64,000 nucleotides of DNA from contig CM082581.2 in assembly GCA_040954595.2 (NCBI GenBank), positions 12,584,286 through 12,648,285 of the forward strand, given 5' to 3'. A program made the position numbers and the translations under genes. The notes beneath the pieces are model-generated. The model ran no database searches. It was not told the origin of the DNA and saw only the letters and a list, made by a program, of their open reading frames with translations. Below are positions 1 through 13,000 of this stretch, in pieces. Position 1 is the stretch's first letter; every line of letters starts with the position of its first letter. The stretch is from Balanoglossus misakiensis. Its lineage: Eukaryota; Animalia; Hemichordata.

Positions 1-3000
1 TTCACAGAACCAATAATTAAAGCTTATATCCGAGGGACGGGATAATCGAACGAGTTGATAACACCTGATGCAGTGATTACAGCGAGAATGGTAACGTCCT
101 TCATTTCCCGCCAAAACCATTCTAATTTTGTACTTGATCACGCCTCAGAAGTTTTTGTACATCACCGACTCTCGGTCTCCTTGATTTATGTACGCTATGC
201 AGGCAGTCGACTTTGGCTACGATTATATCGATATGCCGAAAAAAAACGATTCGCCTGTTTCGGTGTATGAAACGGAAATTATAATCAACCAGCTCGGTCA
301 TTTATTTTTTTCTTTCTTAGTAAATCGAACTGCGTCGGGTGGTGACCTTGAACAAACGCGTAATTTATAATTTGATTTCCAACTAACTATATTTATGAGG
401 AATCCGACGTCGCGAAACGACAACTAGTATGCGCACTTCTTCAATTGTCTTCTGGAAACGTGAGAGCAGGCATGTCTTCACCTTCTCCCACTGAGCAAAC
501 CTCCGCGTCTAAAACGTGTTTACTAATGGTCTTTCTTTTCATAAACTGAAAGCGATGGCGAAACGAAGGTCTCGTGCACCGCATCGATTAGCATCAATCG
601 CATGGCAACAATTAGTATTCATTGGGGGTATTTGGGGACGTATCAAATGTCCAAGCAATTCCAGGAGAAACTTCATTTGCAATACAACAGTGCGTTCACT
701 GCGTGGTGCAAAGAATATTGTTATCGCCCGGTTAGAGGTCCTGGAAATTCTTAAACAAGGTATTGCTACCCGCGTGGACTGCTGGAAAATATAAATTAAA
801 ATATCTCCATTGTGTTCCCATGGTACATCCAACACACCATCGGTTCTGTTAATTAACAAATCTCTGTTGCATGCTGCCAAAACATATCTAACTTCAAGTG
901 ATTGGTATCGGACTGGAAAAAATGCGAAAATTCTTAGCACAGGTGTGTGGTAGGAATTTCACACAAGAGACGGACATGCGCAAAGTAGTACTTATAAAAT
1001 GGCTCAATTCGCAAGAGAGCGAATGTCGCATGATGTTGAAAATGGGGCACAGACGACTGGTAGCCTCAATTAGTTTAAAATGACAGGAAAATTAAGGAAT
1101 TCTTGTTAGTCTTGAAAGGTTTATAAACGAGGGGGTATAAATGTGGCACATAACTGCGATTGATACAAAGAAATGAGAACTCCTAAAGAAATACTTTGGC
1201 AGACAAAATAGGAAATATTATAGGGACTATTGATGACATCGCCGTGTCACTGTTATTCCACTGTGCGTTTCTTTAATATTGTTATTTCTAAGCTCCGAGC
1301 AAACCCCGAACAAAATGCACGGACAGCAATGACCACAAGGAGACTTCTGTCAAGTGACAAATTTATTTCGATTTGGAGCCAAGGAGTTCTCAGCAAACGT
1401 CAGTTATCTGTCAACGTCAACATTAACCCTCTCACCTGCGCGACATGATCTCGGCACGAGTCTGACATGCTCTCGCGAACTTTTAACCGAAGCGATTATT
1501 ATTCAAAGAAGTAGTCTTATTATCGGTGAAGATCATTTTGAAAACGCCTATACGATCAAGTGTAGTGTGAAGCATACGTTTTGACAACAAAGTTCAATGA
1601 TATCAAATTTGCATAAAGAGATATTCAAGATGGCCGCCAAACCCCAAAACTATGGAGAGGGAATACAGGGTACTACGTTATGTATTTTGCTGTCCGTAAA
1701 CTATGGTTATAACTTGTATGCTATTTATAGCTCATTGAGCATACTGTCACTCTAGCTATGCACGCAATCAATACCCAGTAATCGGATGCATTTACACCGG
1801 CAAATGTTTATACTCGCCTGAACAGATTTTTCAGAACCCATACTTGAAGTCCGGCTTTTGAGAATGTTCTAAATGTCTGATTTTGGATCAGTTCTAGCGT
1901 GTCTAAAACTAATGGTATGATACACTGTACATGTGTTATTGTACCAGATGTATTCGGGCGTAGATGGAAAGTAAACACTATTATTCGCCGGCTATTGTTT
2001 CGCGTTGTACTCCCATCGTCTGTGTTCAGAATTCGAATTCCGGAGTATTCATGATTTATTAAAACAAAATATTAGGTTACTTTCTATCGGGCAACAACAT
2101 AATTTCGACATATCAGAAGTTGCGACGTATCTGTAACAGTTACTGATGCCTTCAGTAAATTGACTCTGCGGTTTACTCAAAACGTATTGCTTTGACATTC
2201 CGAGGGAGTTAGTAGATTAATTGAAAGGAATATCATATCGTAAATTGATGTCATTTTGTATCCGGCTTCAGTGGAATATATCCATACTGAAACGCGCTCA
2301 GCGATATAAACGACCACCCGATGGCTCGAATCGGGAAAATGGTCAACGTAATCTCATCAATTCAGCGCCCCCTCTCCGAAAAAAATCCCGCATCATGCGC
2401 GTATACCAACTTTTCAAAAAAAGCTCCTCGAGCAATAATGCAATATTAAAGGGCAACTGATTAAACCTGACGCTCAATGCTGACAACCTTTCCTGTACGA
2501 ACTGTTCTTAACCACGCGTTCAAAGCGACAACTTTGTGAAAATGAAAGCCGGAGCCAATTTCCTCAAATAATCCCGCGAGCTGGACTTTTTTGTAATACA
2601 CTCACGTCTCTTGTTCAACGTTCTCTTATGTAAAGTCCCTTTGATTAAATTAATATTAAATGCACAACATGGCGCTCTGTTATTCCGGCCACAATTCGGC
2701 AATTAGTGTGAATAGCAAAGGCGGGCGCGTGGCAAAATATGGCTGCCTGAATAGGCTGACACAGCAGAAGCAATTGAAACCGCCGAATTTAATACCTATA
2801 GCTGCAGTGGCAATCTAGATTCTTGCAAGAAAACAGGTACGCGACTACCTCCCTGATAAAATAAACTGTCAAATGCGATTTCCCTTCAACACACGCTCAG
2901 GATTCGGACGGGGAAAATTTAATGCTACAATAATCATCAGGCAACACAGTCGTGACCAGAGTCTAGCTGTAACCATGGCGACAATTCAGAACACGGGCTG

Positions 3001-6000
3001 CATTGTCGGGGTAGAATTGTAAAAAAATCAAGTCAAGTGATTAAACTCTGGCGTGTGTGCGTCTTCGCGTAGGTAGGCGATACTTTCGACGCTGTAAACC
3101 TGAGCTGTAATTGCTCGATGCGAAGAAGCATATGCCATTTTTCGCGCCTCATTCACTCACCCGGTAACCGGGCTCCAAAAGTGTACAGACCAGAAAGCCC
3201 CGGGTGTTTTAAATAATGAAATACCAGTATACCATGTCTGAATCATTTTCGAGGAGCCCCCTCCCCTCCGCCCTCGATAAATTCAAGCAAATTTTACCTC
3301 TCATAATGGCCAGAACCTCTCTCAAGAAAAACAAGAAGTGACTTCTTGTTGACAGGCAAACATCTAAATATCATCCGAATAGGCGTATAGGTGATGTATT
3401 GATATACATGTTTGCCCTCATGTCTCTAGGATTTATGTGCAAGAAGGTAAATGGATGAATGTACGTCGAGATCTGTCAAGATAGCAACTTTTAACGGCGC
3501 AGAATTGAGCGTTAGGCTACTTAAAGTTCATTAGCTGAAAGGGGGCTTCGTGACACACAATCATGACCTTCCTCTGAAGTTGGCCAAATCCCAGCACTGT
3601 TCAAACTTTGCCTCTCCGAGTCACTGGTCTCGGATAATGGCCGCTGAAACGAGTGGCACCTTGTAAGACCAATGGAATGTGCTCAGATAATAAGCGTGTG
3701 ATGCGGGGACAACGGAATGCATTGTAGTCTGCGATTCTAGTTGCATTTCGGGAGGCAAGGCTCATAATTGGCAAATTCTTTGTGTTGTCGCATCGAGTAA
3801 ACACCCCCCTTGTACCCGCGAAAAATTCGCTGAAACTGATTCTTCAGTCGTCGTCCCCTCTGGTTGTTCACATCAAAGCTGTAGTCAGCAAACTACAGTC
3901 AGCAAACGGCGCCTTTGTCAAACGCAATCGAGACGCACTTCAGTTTGAAAGCGTTCTATAGACCATAGACTGTCTATGCATAGACGCACTCTAGCTCACA
4001 GATGTCCGATTTGCGCAACAGTGAGAGGCCGGCAGATGTAAAAAATATCGGCAGTAAAATTTATTGCGATTCGCGTTAACTCGTATACGAGTGCCCTTGG
4101 AATATTCCCTGTGCTATTTAATATTTAGATGTGTTCCGTTGACAAAAGTTCCTATCACATTACGATGATAAATCTTGCTTGGTAGACTGCGCAGTGAAAG
4201 TATCTCTAATAAGCCCATCCCCCTCTTCGAACTGACCCCACTCTCATCAAGCAATTGGCGAATCTTTTTATATATATATTTCTTCGTCAGATATTTTCAT
4301 TCTGTTTTATGACTTGCATCTACATCGTTGAAATGCAATTTTCTGCTGGGTTATCTAATTTACTGAGAGATTATTGTGCTGTCGTAAAAGCGAACGTTTG
4401 GCCACCCGCTGCCAGTAAAAAAGACACAGAAAACCAACTCCAGTATTTCTAAGCCGCGAGCAAAATACGACACAGGTTGCTATTTCGGCTATCTCGTCAG
4501 GTACTGGTCTGGTAAATCGGAAGATGTACCAATAAGCAAATTTCATCGCGGGAAATAAAATTTACAACCGACTTAATTCGCTGAATGAAAGCGATATTTG
4601 TGATTTAGCATTTTTCATTTTGCGATTTAAGACAATAATGCTACCGGCGATTTAAAACATTATGCGGCAAAGAGATTCGCCTCTTAAAGTTGATATATCC
4701 TTGTCGATGCATTAATGTCGTTCCGCTGAGGTATTTGGCCTGACCCGTGAACGCATACAAAACATTGACATAAAGGACGCATATCGATATTTTCCTGTTT
4801 TTCTCGCGATAATTGTTAGTGTGGAATTAATGTTTAAAAATGCAGGTAACCCGATTCGAACTTATGCATTTGTCAATTAAGTCGTGGACGCACGGGGGAT
4901 CCATTACAGTATCGAGTGACATTTCGCCTTAGAACAAGCTTGGGAAGTCATGAAAATGCAAAAGTCGGCACACAAAGTCAAGGGCAAGTCAGGCCAAACA
5001 TGTTTGTGTGTTCTTTCTGCAGGATGTGACGACAACTGATCCTTGGAATGAGTGACCGGTGGTGTTGCAAAGGTTAACCACCTGAGCGATAAAAATAGTT
5101 GCCTGAAACAAGGCTCACTTCCAGACATTCTTGCCCCATATCCTAGCACTTAGTCTGAATATATCACAAAATGACCATTTTAACCGTTAAGGTTGCCGCG
5201 TTTTTCTGCGCTTTCCATATACTATACACGCTATACTAAGAACATCGTTGTAGGTCCATAACCATCGCGTATGCAAACCATGCGTGATTTCCCCCTAAGA
5301 TATGTAAGGCTGGAAACCTGATGCTATTGCAAGTACTCGAAACCCTCACGCAAGCAAGGCCATAGCATGTTTCAGTTGAAAATGCGAGGCGCTGGATCAT
5401 TCGGCATATATTTGGCATGTAGATTACAAAGACAAACTGTAATGCCACACGTACACGGCGAAATTTCATTAAAAAGGCCGACGTGTATACAGTCACAACT
5501 GTACATACACTATTGCCCTGACACAGTGATATCAATACAAGCGAGGCCAGAGGAACGATTTCACGCCGAGTCACATGTTATATCAGGACGGAGATTGAAT
5601 CCGACTCAAACGACATCGTATTTAATAGCCCCTCATTGATTCTCTGAGGTAATATTATTTTTACGTAAGAAAATATATGTTTTAAGCGCGCCCTGCGATG
5701 CTTGAACTCTGCAGATGCGTGGCAGTTATTGTGAGTCACAGAGATCTGACTCCGAACCTCCTCCGCTGGACAGTCAACAGCCGCTTGCACCATCTGTAGT
5801 GATACACCAGATGCTATGTTGTGGTACGCCTCCCTCTGTTGTGGGTCTCTGGGTGTGTAAAACCACTCCTGAATAATTCCAGCTTTAATACAAATGGCTC
5901 TTTGAAACAAAACCTCTTTGGCAGTCACAAAAAACAACACACAAAACAAATCCCATATTTCTTCCCACGAATAGTAGGTCTTTTGAGAAGTAATTGGGTG

Positions 6001-6709
6001 CGCAAAAGGTCGGGGTGTGTATATATGTATAGTTTCGGCTATACTACAAGACATTTCATCATAGCCGTCAGAACGGCTGAAATGTTGTTTCTGAGAAATG
6101 ACACGTTACAGCACTGGAGACCGTTGCTTGTAGTTGAACATTTGGACATTGATTCTACAGTGCTGGCGTGTCATTCACTCTTGAACCTGAATGGAGATTT
6201 TTTTTAAACGGTTAACAGTAAAGTGGCTGTAAAAGACAAGCCAGTATAGTCTCATTGAAAGATTTAACAAAAAACATGACGTCAATATATAGAGAGAAAA
6301 GTTTTGAATTCCAGGTAAACACTCACAGGTAGATTAGCACCGGTAATCGTTAGGAAAACAAAAACAGCCTGTCGTCTAATTAACCTCACCGAACTCTTTT
6401 CTCTTTCTTGGGCCAATTAAAACAAAACCGGTGAAAAGAATAAAGTAGGAATGGAATAACAAATACCACTTTCTTGCGGTTTTTGAAAGGAATCGACGCG
6501 TGGAATTTCCGTAGCAGAATCGTCGCTGGCGTTCATCTCACCAAGCGCTCGAAACACAATTTTTATTCGCGGATCGCAGAGGGGCGTGTCGGATCACTTT
6601 TCTACTTATTTGACAAACTTTTGGACTAGGGCCCGGAATTATAACCTCGAGCTGATGGCGATCGCCGGGAAATTAAAAGAAAACTGCGGGTGGTTTCGAC
6701 GAATCTTTG

Positions 6710-7050
6710 ATAGCTGTACCATTACGAAACTGTTCAAAACTCAAGCCCAGGGGTTGCAAGAAATCTAGGCTAATTGGAAAGTTTTAAAAAGTTTGGACCA
6801 TTGAATGGAATAGATAGCAACTCACTATTAGGGCGATAAACGACAGATGGTTACTGCAGGCAATACAAACTCGTGCTAAGGCTGATTGCTATCTAAAAGG
6901 ACCCTCAAACCAATTTCGCCGCTAGTTTTGTAAATGAGCTTTCCGATATGCAATCCATTTCCGCACATTTTACGCTAGCCTGGGCTTAACTTCTCAGCGA
7001 CTTGGCGACTAAGCTGTGACTACCTGATGAAGTCTAGATGGTACAGTTAT
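6710..7050. mobile_element. Degenerate foldback/MITE-like element (nested inverted repeats)
   Basis: Nested complementary arms in consistent order: ATAGCTGTACCAT 6710-6722 / ATGGTACAGTTAT 7038-7050 (12/13); AAGCCCAGG 6743-6751 / CCTGGGCTT 6979-6987 (9/9); TAGATAGCAA 6811-6820 / TTGCTATCTA 6886-6895 (10/10). Confidence 0.5.
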
Positions 7051-8331
7051 TTTGGAATACCGATCGACGCAGTGAAAGCGGGATATTGAAAGTACATTCG
7101 ACACCAGTAATTTAATAATCACTTTTTGCCGCAATACAATCTTTTATGTAGGTGTCTATCAGTGCCTCTCTCAAAATTAGGTCAGAAACATTAATTATAG
7201 CATGATACCGGCGATTATGAAATCGTTGGGTAATAATAGTGAAGAGATATTTTTAGAAAATGAAATACAGTTATTTTATATATGATTGAATATAGACAAT
7301 GCACTCATAGCGAACTTGCATCAGTCGTCATTAGCAAATGAACTGGCCGTTCGTGTCATGAGTACACACAATCAACACTAATTGGATACTAATTAACGGG
7401 GCCGGCCTTGGCCGCGGTATGTGGCCGTGAAGTTCAATAACCTCGTCGGCCGTCGAATTCTATAGTTGTCCAGACATGTCATTCACTCAGCAGTGGGGCG
7501 AGCGGTGAGTCCACGTGACGCAGACGACGCGACTTTCGTCCAGAAGTTTGTCAAGGACTACCTGCCTCGCATGACATACAAACAATACCGCCGATGGGAA
7601 GTAGTGTTTAAAAGTTGCATAACACTTAGGAATAAGCATATTGTGTAGAGAGAATGGGTCGGCCGCCGACGGGTATTTTAATCAATGAGCTGATAAAGCC
7701 ATACTTTGGTGGACACTAAGAATTTTGAAAATGCTGTTGCTTCCAATGCGTCTCGCTGTATATCTGCGGTGCCATTGACAAGAACTTCAACAATTAAATA
7801 AGAGAGGGCTTGGCTGGTACTTGCCTGTACTTACTAAATACAATCTGAAGTGTTTTGTTGGACCAATCCCTCTTTTGCTCTCAGTTGTGTATGAATGTCC
7901 ATTTAGGTTGGCTTCACTCCAGCTCCCCCCCCCCCCCATTTAACGCCGATAAGCCGGTCTCAACTTCCATCTTATTTGCTACTGAAATGACCCAGAGCCT
8001 AATTTGCCGTTTCTCTCACACCAACTCCGACAAGAGGTCAACCTCGGGTCGGCGCTGTCGCGGTTATTGCGTGTCGAGACGTAAATCATGATTTTCAAAA
8101 AATGACGGCGTTTCCCGGTGATATAGGACTACATGCCTGGAGGCAGCGCTCTGCATGTCGGAATAGCGCGCGTTTTCGCCATAAACTATCGCCCAAATGC
8201 TCTGACACCAGACACCTCGGACAGACTAATGGAATGAAATTTCCCGCTTGAAGCAAAACAGAAAACCAAATGTTTAATAGCTGACAGGTATCACTAATAC
8301 AATCTTTGTTGCTGTTGGTATTATTGTCCAC

Positions 8332-8337
8332 TTTATT
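8332..8337 (-). terminator. Candidate poly(A) signal (AATAAA) of the GPCR gene
   Basis: TTTATT on the plus strand, about 640 nt downstream of the GPCR stop codon. Confidence 0.35.
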
Positions 8338-8980
8338 AAAACACAGTGGTGATTTGGTTTTTGCTTAAAGGAAAGGTTCTGAGGTCGGGAAAACAACCGT
8401 GTATATGTGTAGTCTGGTTCGATCCGGATATTACGAAATGGCTAATTTAACAAGATAATGTCTGGTCAACAACATACCATCCTGTTGTAATTTTCTAGGA
8501 ATAAATACCACATGGACACGGTTGGTTGTGCTAAGAACCGTAACAGTAATTATACAACATGGACATCTACACCTGCCTATGTAATCAGTTCGTGAGTCGT
8601 GCAATTTGTAAAACAGGACGACTTCCAGTGTCGAGGACTCCTGGAGTTGTAAATGTCGGGGAAAATGACAACATTAAGATTGTTCGACAATGAATTCATT
8701 TGTCAATTGGATAAGTGACGGTAACAGACGGATTATCTATTCACCTATAATTACTGACGTCATCGTCGACCAGGCATGCCGCTAAATACATCGATCTCCA
8801 CAACTTCTTTCAATAGGTCTTCGATAATTAAGCAGAAACGGGCACAGAAAATGTCAAAAAGATCTTGTAAATGAATTCCCCCGAACAAAACATGTGTAGC
8901 AGCGCGAAGGAATGTTGTCTGGACGACGTTTGGCCGCGATGTGCAAACACACTTTCACCGACTCGACGCAACGCGCGCGT

Positions 8981-10000
8981 TCAGGTGTCGACAGGGTGGT
9001 ATTTGCAGCGGCACCTAAGTAGCTTTTTGCAGGCTCCTCGCAATGTTCTGTTGAAGGAGTATAAGAGCGGGTTCACACAGGAGTTACAATAGGTCATCCA
9101 GTTGAAGGTGGTATATAGAACAGCGGGTATGGACACATTGAAAAGGCGGTCGGCGACCAGTATAGTCCAGAAAGGCAACCACATCACCAGAAACGTTACC
9201 ACCAGAAGTAGAGTCCCTTTGAAGGCCTTAATGTCCGTCTTGGAGAAGCCCTGGCCGTGGTGCGCGTGTTCCTCCGGGTGGTAGTTGCAGTTGTCGTTGT
9301 CCATCCTTCGAGAGTGCTCGCGAACAATGAGCCAGATGCGACAGTTGAAGAAAATGAGCATTATCAGAGGGATAAGAAACGTTAGAACGATGGACGTCAG
9401 AACTAGTTCATACTTGACGATCACAGGAAGACATTCCTCCGACTGGTCGGTTCGGTTTTGCATGTCCGGGTCCTCGGCGATACCGGCCATTATTGGGTAG
9501 AACGACTTGATCGCCTCGTAGACCCAACATATAATCACAGCAATTGCCATCCTTGTACGCGTGACTTTCTCACGATAAGTTAGAGGAAATGTGATGTATA
9601 TATATTTGTCTAAGCTTATAAGAACCATGCCCCAGACTGATACCTCGGTCAGGCATATATCAAGGCCTTTGAGTATTTTACAGAACGTTGAGCCGAAATA
9701 CCACTTGCCTTCGAGTTCATTCACGACTACCGGAGGCAGTAATAGGATACCCACGAGTAAGTCCGCCGTGGCGAGGTTCAGGATGAGGTAGTTCGAAAGG
9801 TTCTTGCGGAGGTTTTTGAAAATCAGCAGCGCTGCGGTGACCAGCAGATTTCCAGCCACCGTTGCCAGGGTTATAATCCCCAATACAGTGCCTATGACGA
9901 TTTTCTCCTGCAGCGTGAAGTGCGCTGCGGTCGACAAGGTGTCGATGGTGGTTGGGTAGGACGTGTTGTTGCTCATAGCGCTGAGAAATTGCGTTGTCAT
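8981..10000 (-). CDS. Class A (rhodopsin-like) aminergic-type GPCR, orphan (octopamine/histamine-H2/trace-amine-like), 339 aa, intronless CDS
   Basis: Seven hydrophobic segments with family motifs: TM1 GNLLV, TM2 LATADLLVG, ECL1 WYFGxxxC, TM3 D3.32 and DKY, TM4 W4.50, TM5 FLIP, TM6 FxxMWLPF, TM7 WxxYxNSxxNPLLY, and a helix 8 followed by Cys residues. N-terminal NNTS sequon. The ORF track starts at a TTG (10087); the first ATG is at 10000 (MTTQF), with an alternative at 9976 (MSNNTS). Confidence 0.95.
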   Translation of the reverse strand: MTTQFLSAMSNNTSYPTTIDTLSTAAHFTLQEKIVIGTVLGIITLATVAGNLLVTAALLIFKNLRKNLSNYLILNLATADLLVGILLLPPVVVNELEGKWYFGSTFCKILKGLDICLTEVSVWGMVLISLDKYIYITFPLTYREKVTRTRMAIAVIICWVYEAIKSFYPIMAGIAEDPDMQNRTDQSEECLPVIVKYELVLTSIVLTFLIPLIMLIFFNCRIWLIVREHSRRMDNDNCNYHPEEHAHHGQGFSKTDIKAFKGTLLLVVTFLVMWLPFWTILVADRLFNVSIPAVLYTTFNWMTYCNSCVNPLLYSFNRTLRGACKKLLRCRCKYHPVDT

Positions 10001-13000
10001 TCCTCGGCGTACAGGCTTCACCTTTTCCAGGCGTTTTCGGGGGTGACTTGGCTTCACAGCTTTTCCTTCCAGATCTCTCTCAGCCAAAGTGCACTATATC
10101 ATGACGCTCCAATTTCGATGCCGATGCACGTACGCAGACAGAAATCAAGTTAAGTGATTTGCTTAAAACGGCATGTCAATGTGGCTCGCTTGTCGTGTTG
10201 ATTTTCCTGACGAATGGGCTGCAATACTGCTTCAGACTCGACGCGGGGAATACGTAAAGCGACAAGCAACCACAATTACAAGTCATTGTATACGTGATCC
10301 CGCACTAAGAATCCAAAAATACTGGCCTGGTGGCTCATCGCAACGCTAAACACGTCTTTCCAGATGTCCTACCCGTTGCAGCAAGACTAGGCAGCGATGA
10401 AAAATTCCCCTAGTAAGCAAACACTGCGATTTTCTGCTCCTGCGAATTTAAGACACGTCGTCCGTTATTCCGAAGTTGTCAACCGAAGTGACAGGCCAAA
10501 AAATCAATCGAGTCCCGCTGTGAGACGCTTGAGTACTGGAGACGTAGAAGAAAGTATTTGCAGAACTTACGCACAACAGCGATGTCCTCAGCGCAAACAC
10601 TCTGACTACTGTCTAACTAACTACCTCAACGCTGGGCGAGTTATCGTATGTATTTACCGTGTCGGCGCCCTGTACTGTGCGCAGCGAAGCAACCAATTTG
10701 TACTCTCGATTCATTCACGGATGTCATTGAGGAAACTACAGCCTCCGATTCGTCAAGGATATATTTCCCATGATAATGATATGCGTGTGAGGGCATGCGC
10801 AATATACATTTTATCCTGCGCTTCGGAGTCCGATTTATTTTAAAGAACCTTTTACAGAGTGCATGCTGGGTTATTCAAATAATTCCACTGGTGTCACCTC
10901 TCGTCTGGTTTTGTGACAGTAATATGCGATGAAAGAGAAGCCCCGCCCAACAACCAAGGAAATATGAGGAATCAATATAAGTCCTGTGATATTTTATTGT
11001 ATGGGTTTATAGCGATATGCGTAACCCAATTCTTTGACCCCGAAGCTAGTTGCGCCAAGTTGACCCTTTGAATGAACTGTCAGCGTCCGTTTTCCCTATT
11101 TAAATTTCTGGGCTATTTTTGGATGTCGGACAAATAAAAAGGGACATCCCTGAACTACCAAAATGTGACATTTTGGTGACAAACGATCACTGAGAACAGT
11201 GACTTTCCTTGGCATAGGATTATGATTATCGGTTGTTTGTTTTTTAGTATGCCAAATGTTATATTAATACCCTGTGACGTCTGCCTGTATTCACATAATG
11301 ATTGTTAATAGAAACATCCGTGCTTATGATTTATGTAGGCCGATAAATGGTTGTGTTATCTGTCGCGAGGCTTTGACGGGAGATCATTTAAATCGGCCGT
11401 AAATTCCGTTTGACTGGCTCCGGTCCCCAGTAAGCAGAGAAAAGGAGCGAAACCCATTGATCGCCGATTCTCGCTCTCCCCCCTTCTCTCTCTTTTGCAT
11501 TTCCAAAAAAGAGTCCCATGGGGAAAATTGTTGTGCTTGTCGTCCTAAGCTTCTCATCGTGTTGTTGACCACAATAGTAGGATCTGTGACAAGCGGAAGG
11601 ATTGTGTGCGATGATCACCGTTGATTCTGGTGCTAAGACGACGTCCTTTGGGAGAATCAGTGACGGGGGAAACTGACAAAGTGTGACAGGTTGAATGCAT
11701 GGACGCGACATCACAACCCGCCCATGTGTTAGCGGATAAGATCAGGGAAACGCACACTGCTAATTGCATGTTTTCCGACTAAACAGTTCCGTGCATACAA
11801 CTCAAAATGCCTCTGACGTCAGATTTTTCCCCCTTTCGGTTTCTAACTGAACAGATCTCACCACACACGTTTCTGTGTAAGAGAAGTCTACATGTCAACT
11901 TCGTCTGTTTGCATCTAGTTAATTGGATCCTTATTCAAACTGGCTTCTCTGACGATGCTTAGCATATCCTTCAATGCCTGGATGACGTGTTAGGTCTGAT
12001 CGAATACATGATATTCAACTAACCGTCTCGATCACAAGGTTGTCTGTCTTTTATTTCATTTATTTTCTGAACAAGTTGAACGTTAACCCGTGAACCCGTC
12101 GCGACTCAGAGTAAATGGACCATAATACCTCTAATTCCTACAGGTAGTTTGGTTAACGTAACTGGACAAAGGTGACGGCTGGCTATAACAGAAAATAAAT
12201 GAAAGACTCGTCAATGACAATGTAGGACGGGACTGCGTGACAGTTTTACGGGAAGGTCGAAAGAAATTCTTGGTTCTTGACATAAGTATGCTAAAAGGTG
12301 CATGTTAAGACTGTTTAAGTCGCGAAAAAAACGCTCACCATTGTGAACCTCACAGCCAGATTGTCTTGGCAATTGAAGCGTGCAGTAATTGACTCATTGG
12401 TCGCCCGTGAATTATTCTCTTATAGAGTCAACCACTGTAGTACACGGCAATTAATCAAAGGCATTGCACAAGAAACCAGGGGATTTGCAAGTATAAGCGG
12501 GTGGATGATAGCACAAAGGTTGTTTTGAAGACATCACGGTATCGTGTTTTTTTTTGTCAGCAGACTCGAATAATTGGCCGCTGGTTTCGTTTGGGATGTT
12601 GCCGGCGTATTGGGAGCGCCGTTAAAGCGTAATAAAGACGAAGGGACGATATCAGTCCGGCGCAGTAATTGACTCGATGTGTGGAATTTGAGATGATTGC
12701 AATAATTAGTCGGGATTTATTGTGCCTCTGCTTCTGCCGCACAAAAGCAGTTGTTGCAAATTTTACGGCCGCCCGGGGTAATGCTTCGCCGTTTAACGAC
12801 TAATTAGGCTGATGTCCAACCAAACCAAAACATGTCTTTGTCGTTGACGTAATGGCTTAGAACTACCTGCCCAAGACATTCTTGTCCCTGTAACTCAATC
12901 AGTGTATCGTTAATTAGTTTTCTAATTAATGTATAATATATGGGTTCTCCCAAACGCTGACAGTTGCTTTCGCCTGGAGCTATCCCACCGGCTGTTTTCC

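Noticed and set aside
516-940. ORF containing 'GIWGRIKCPSNSRRNFICN', reminiscent of a C-type lectin C-terminus, and the opposing 133-aa ORF
   Set aside because: The other lectin motifs and cysteines are missing and there are no convincing splice sites; the resemblance is too short to support a call.
1600-1680. TTCAAGATGGCCGCC-type words here and related ones near 26101, 29660 and 38570, possibly relics of a dispersed MITE family
   Set aside because: The shared stretch is too short to delimit elements and overlaps a generic YY1-like motif; a repeat library would be needed.
7466-7648. Protein-looking 60-aa ORF (…FVQKFVKDYLPRMTYKQYRRW…) with nearby splice-like sites
   Set aside because: TTG start, short, no partner exons identified and no recognisable family.
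8340-8440. GGTTCGATCC B-box suggesting a tRNA gene
   Set aside because: No matching A-box spacing or cloverleaf stems could be built.
10001-10087. N-terminal extension of the GPCR (MAERDLEG...)
   Set aside because: It starts at TTG. The first ATG is at 10000, and the sequence after it already provides a normal glycosylated N-terminus.
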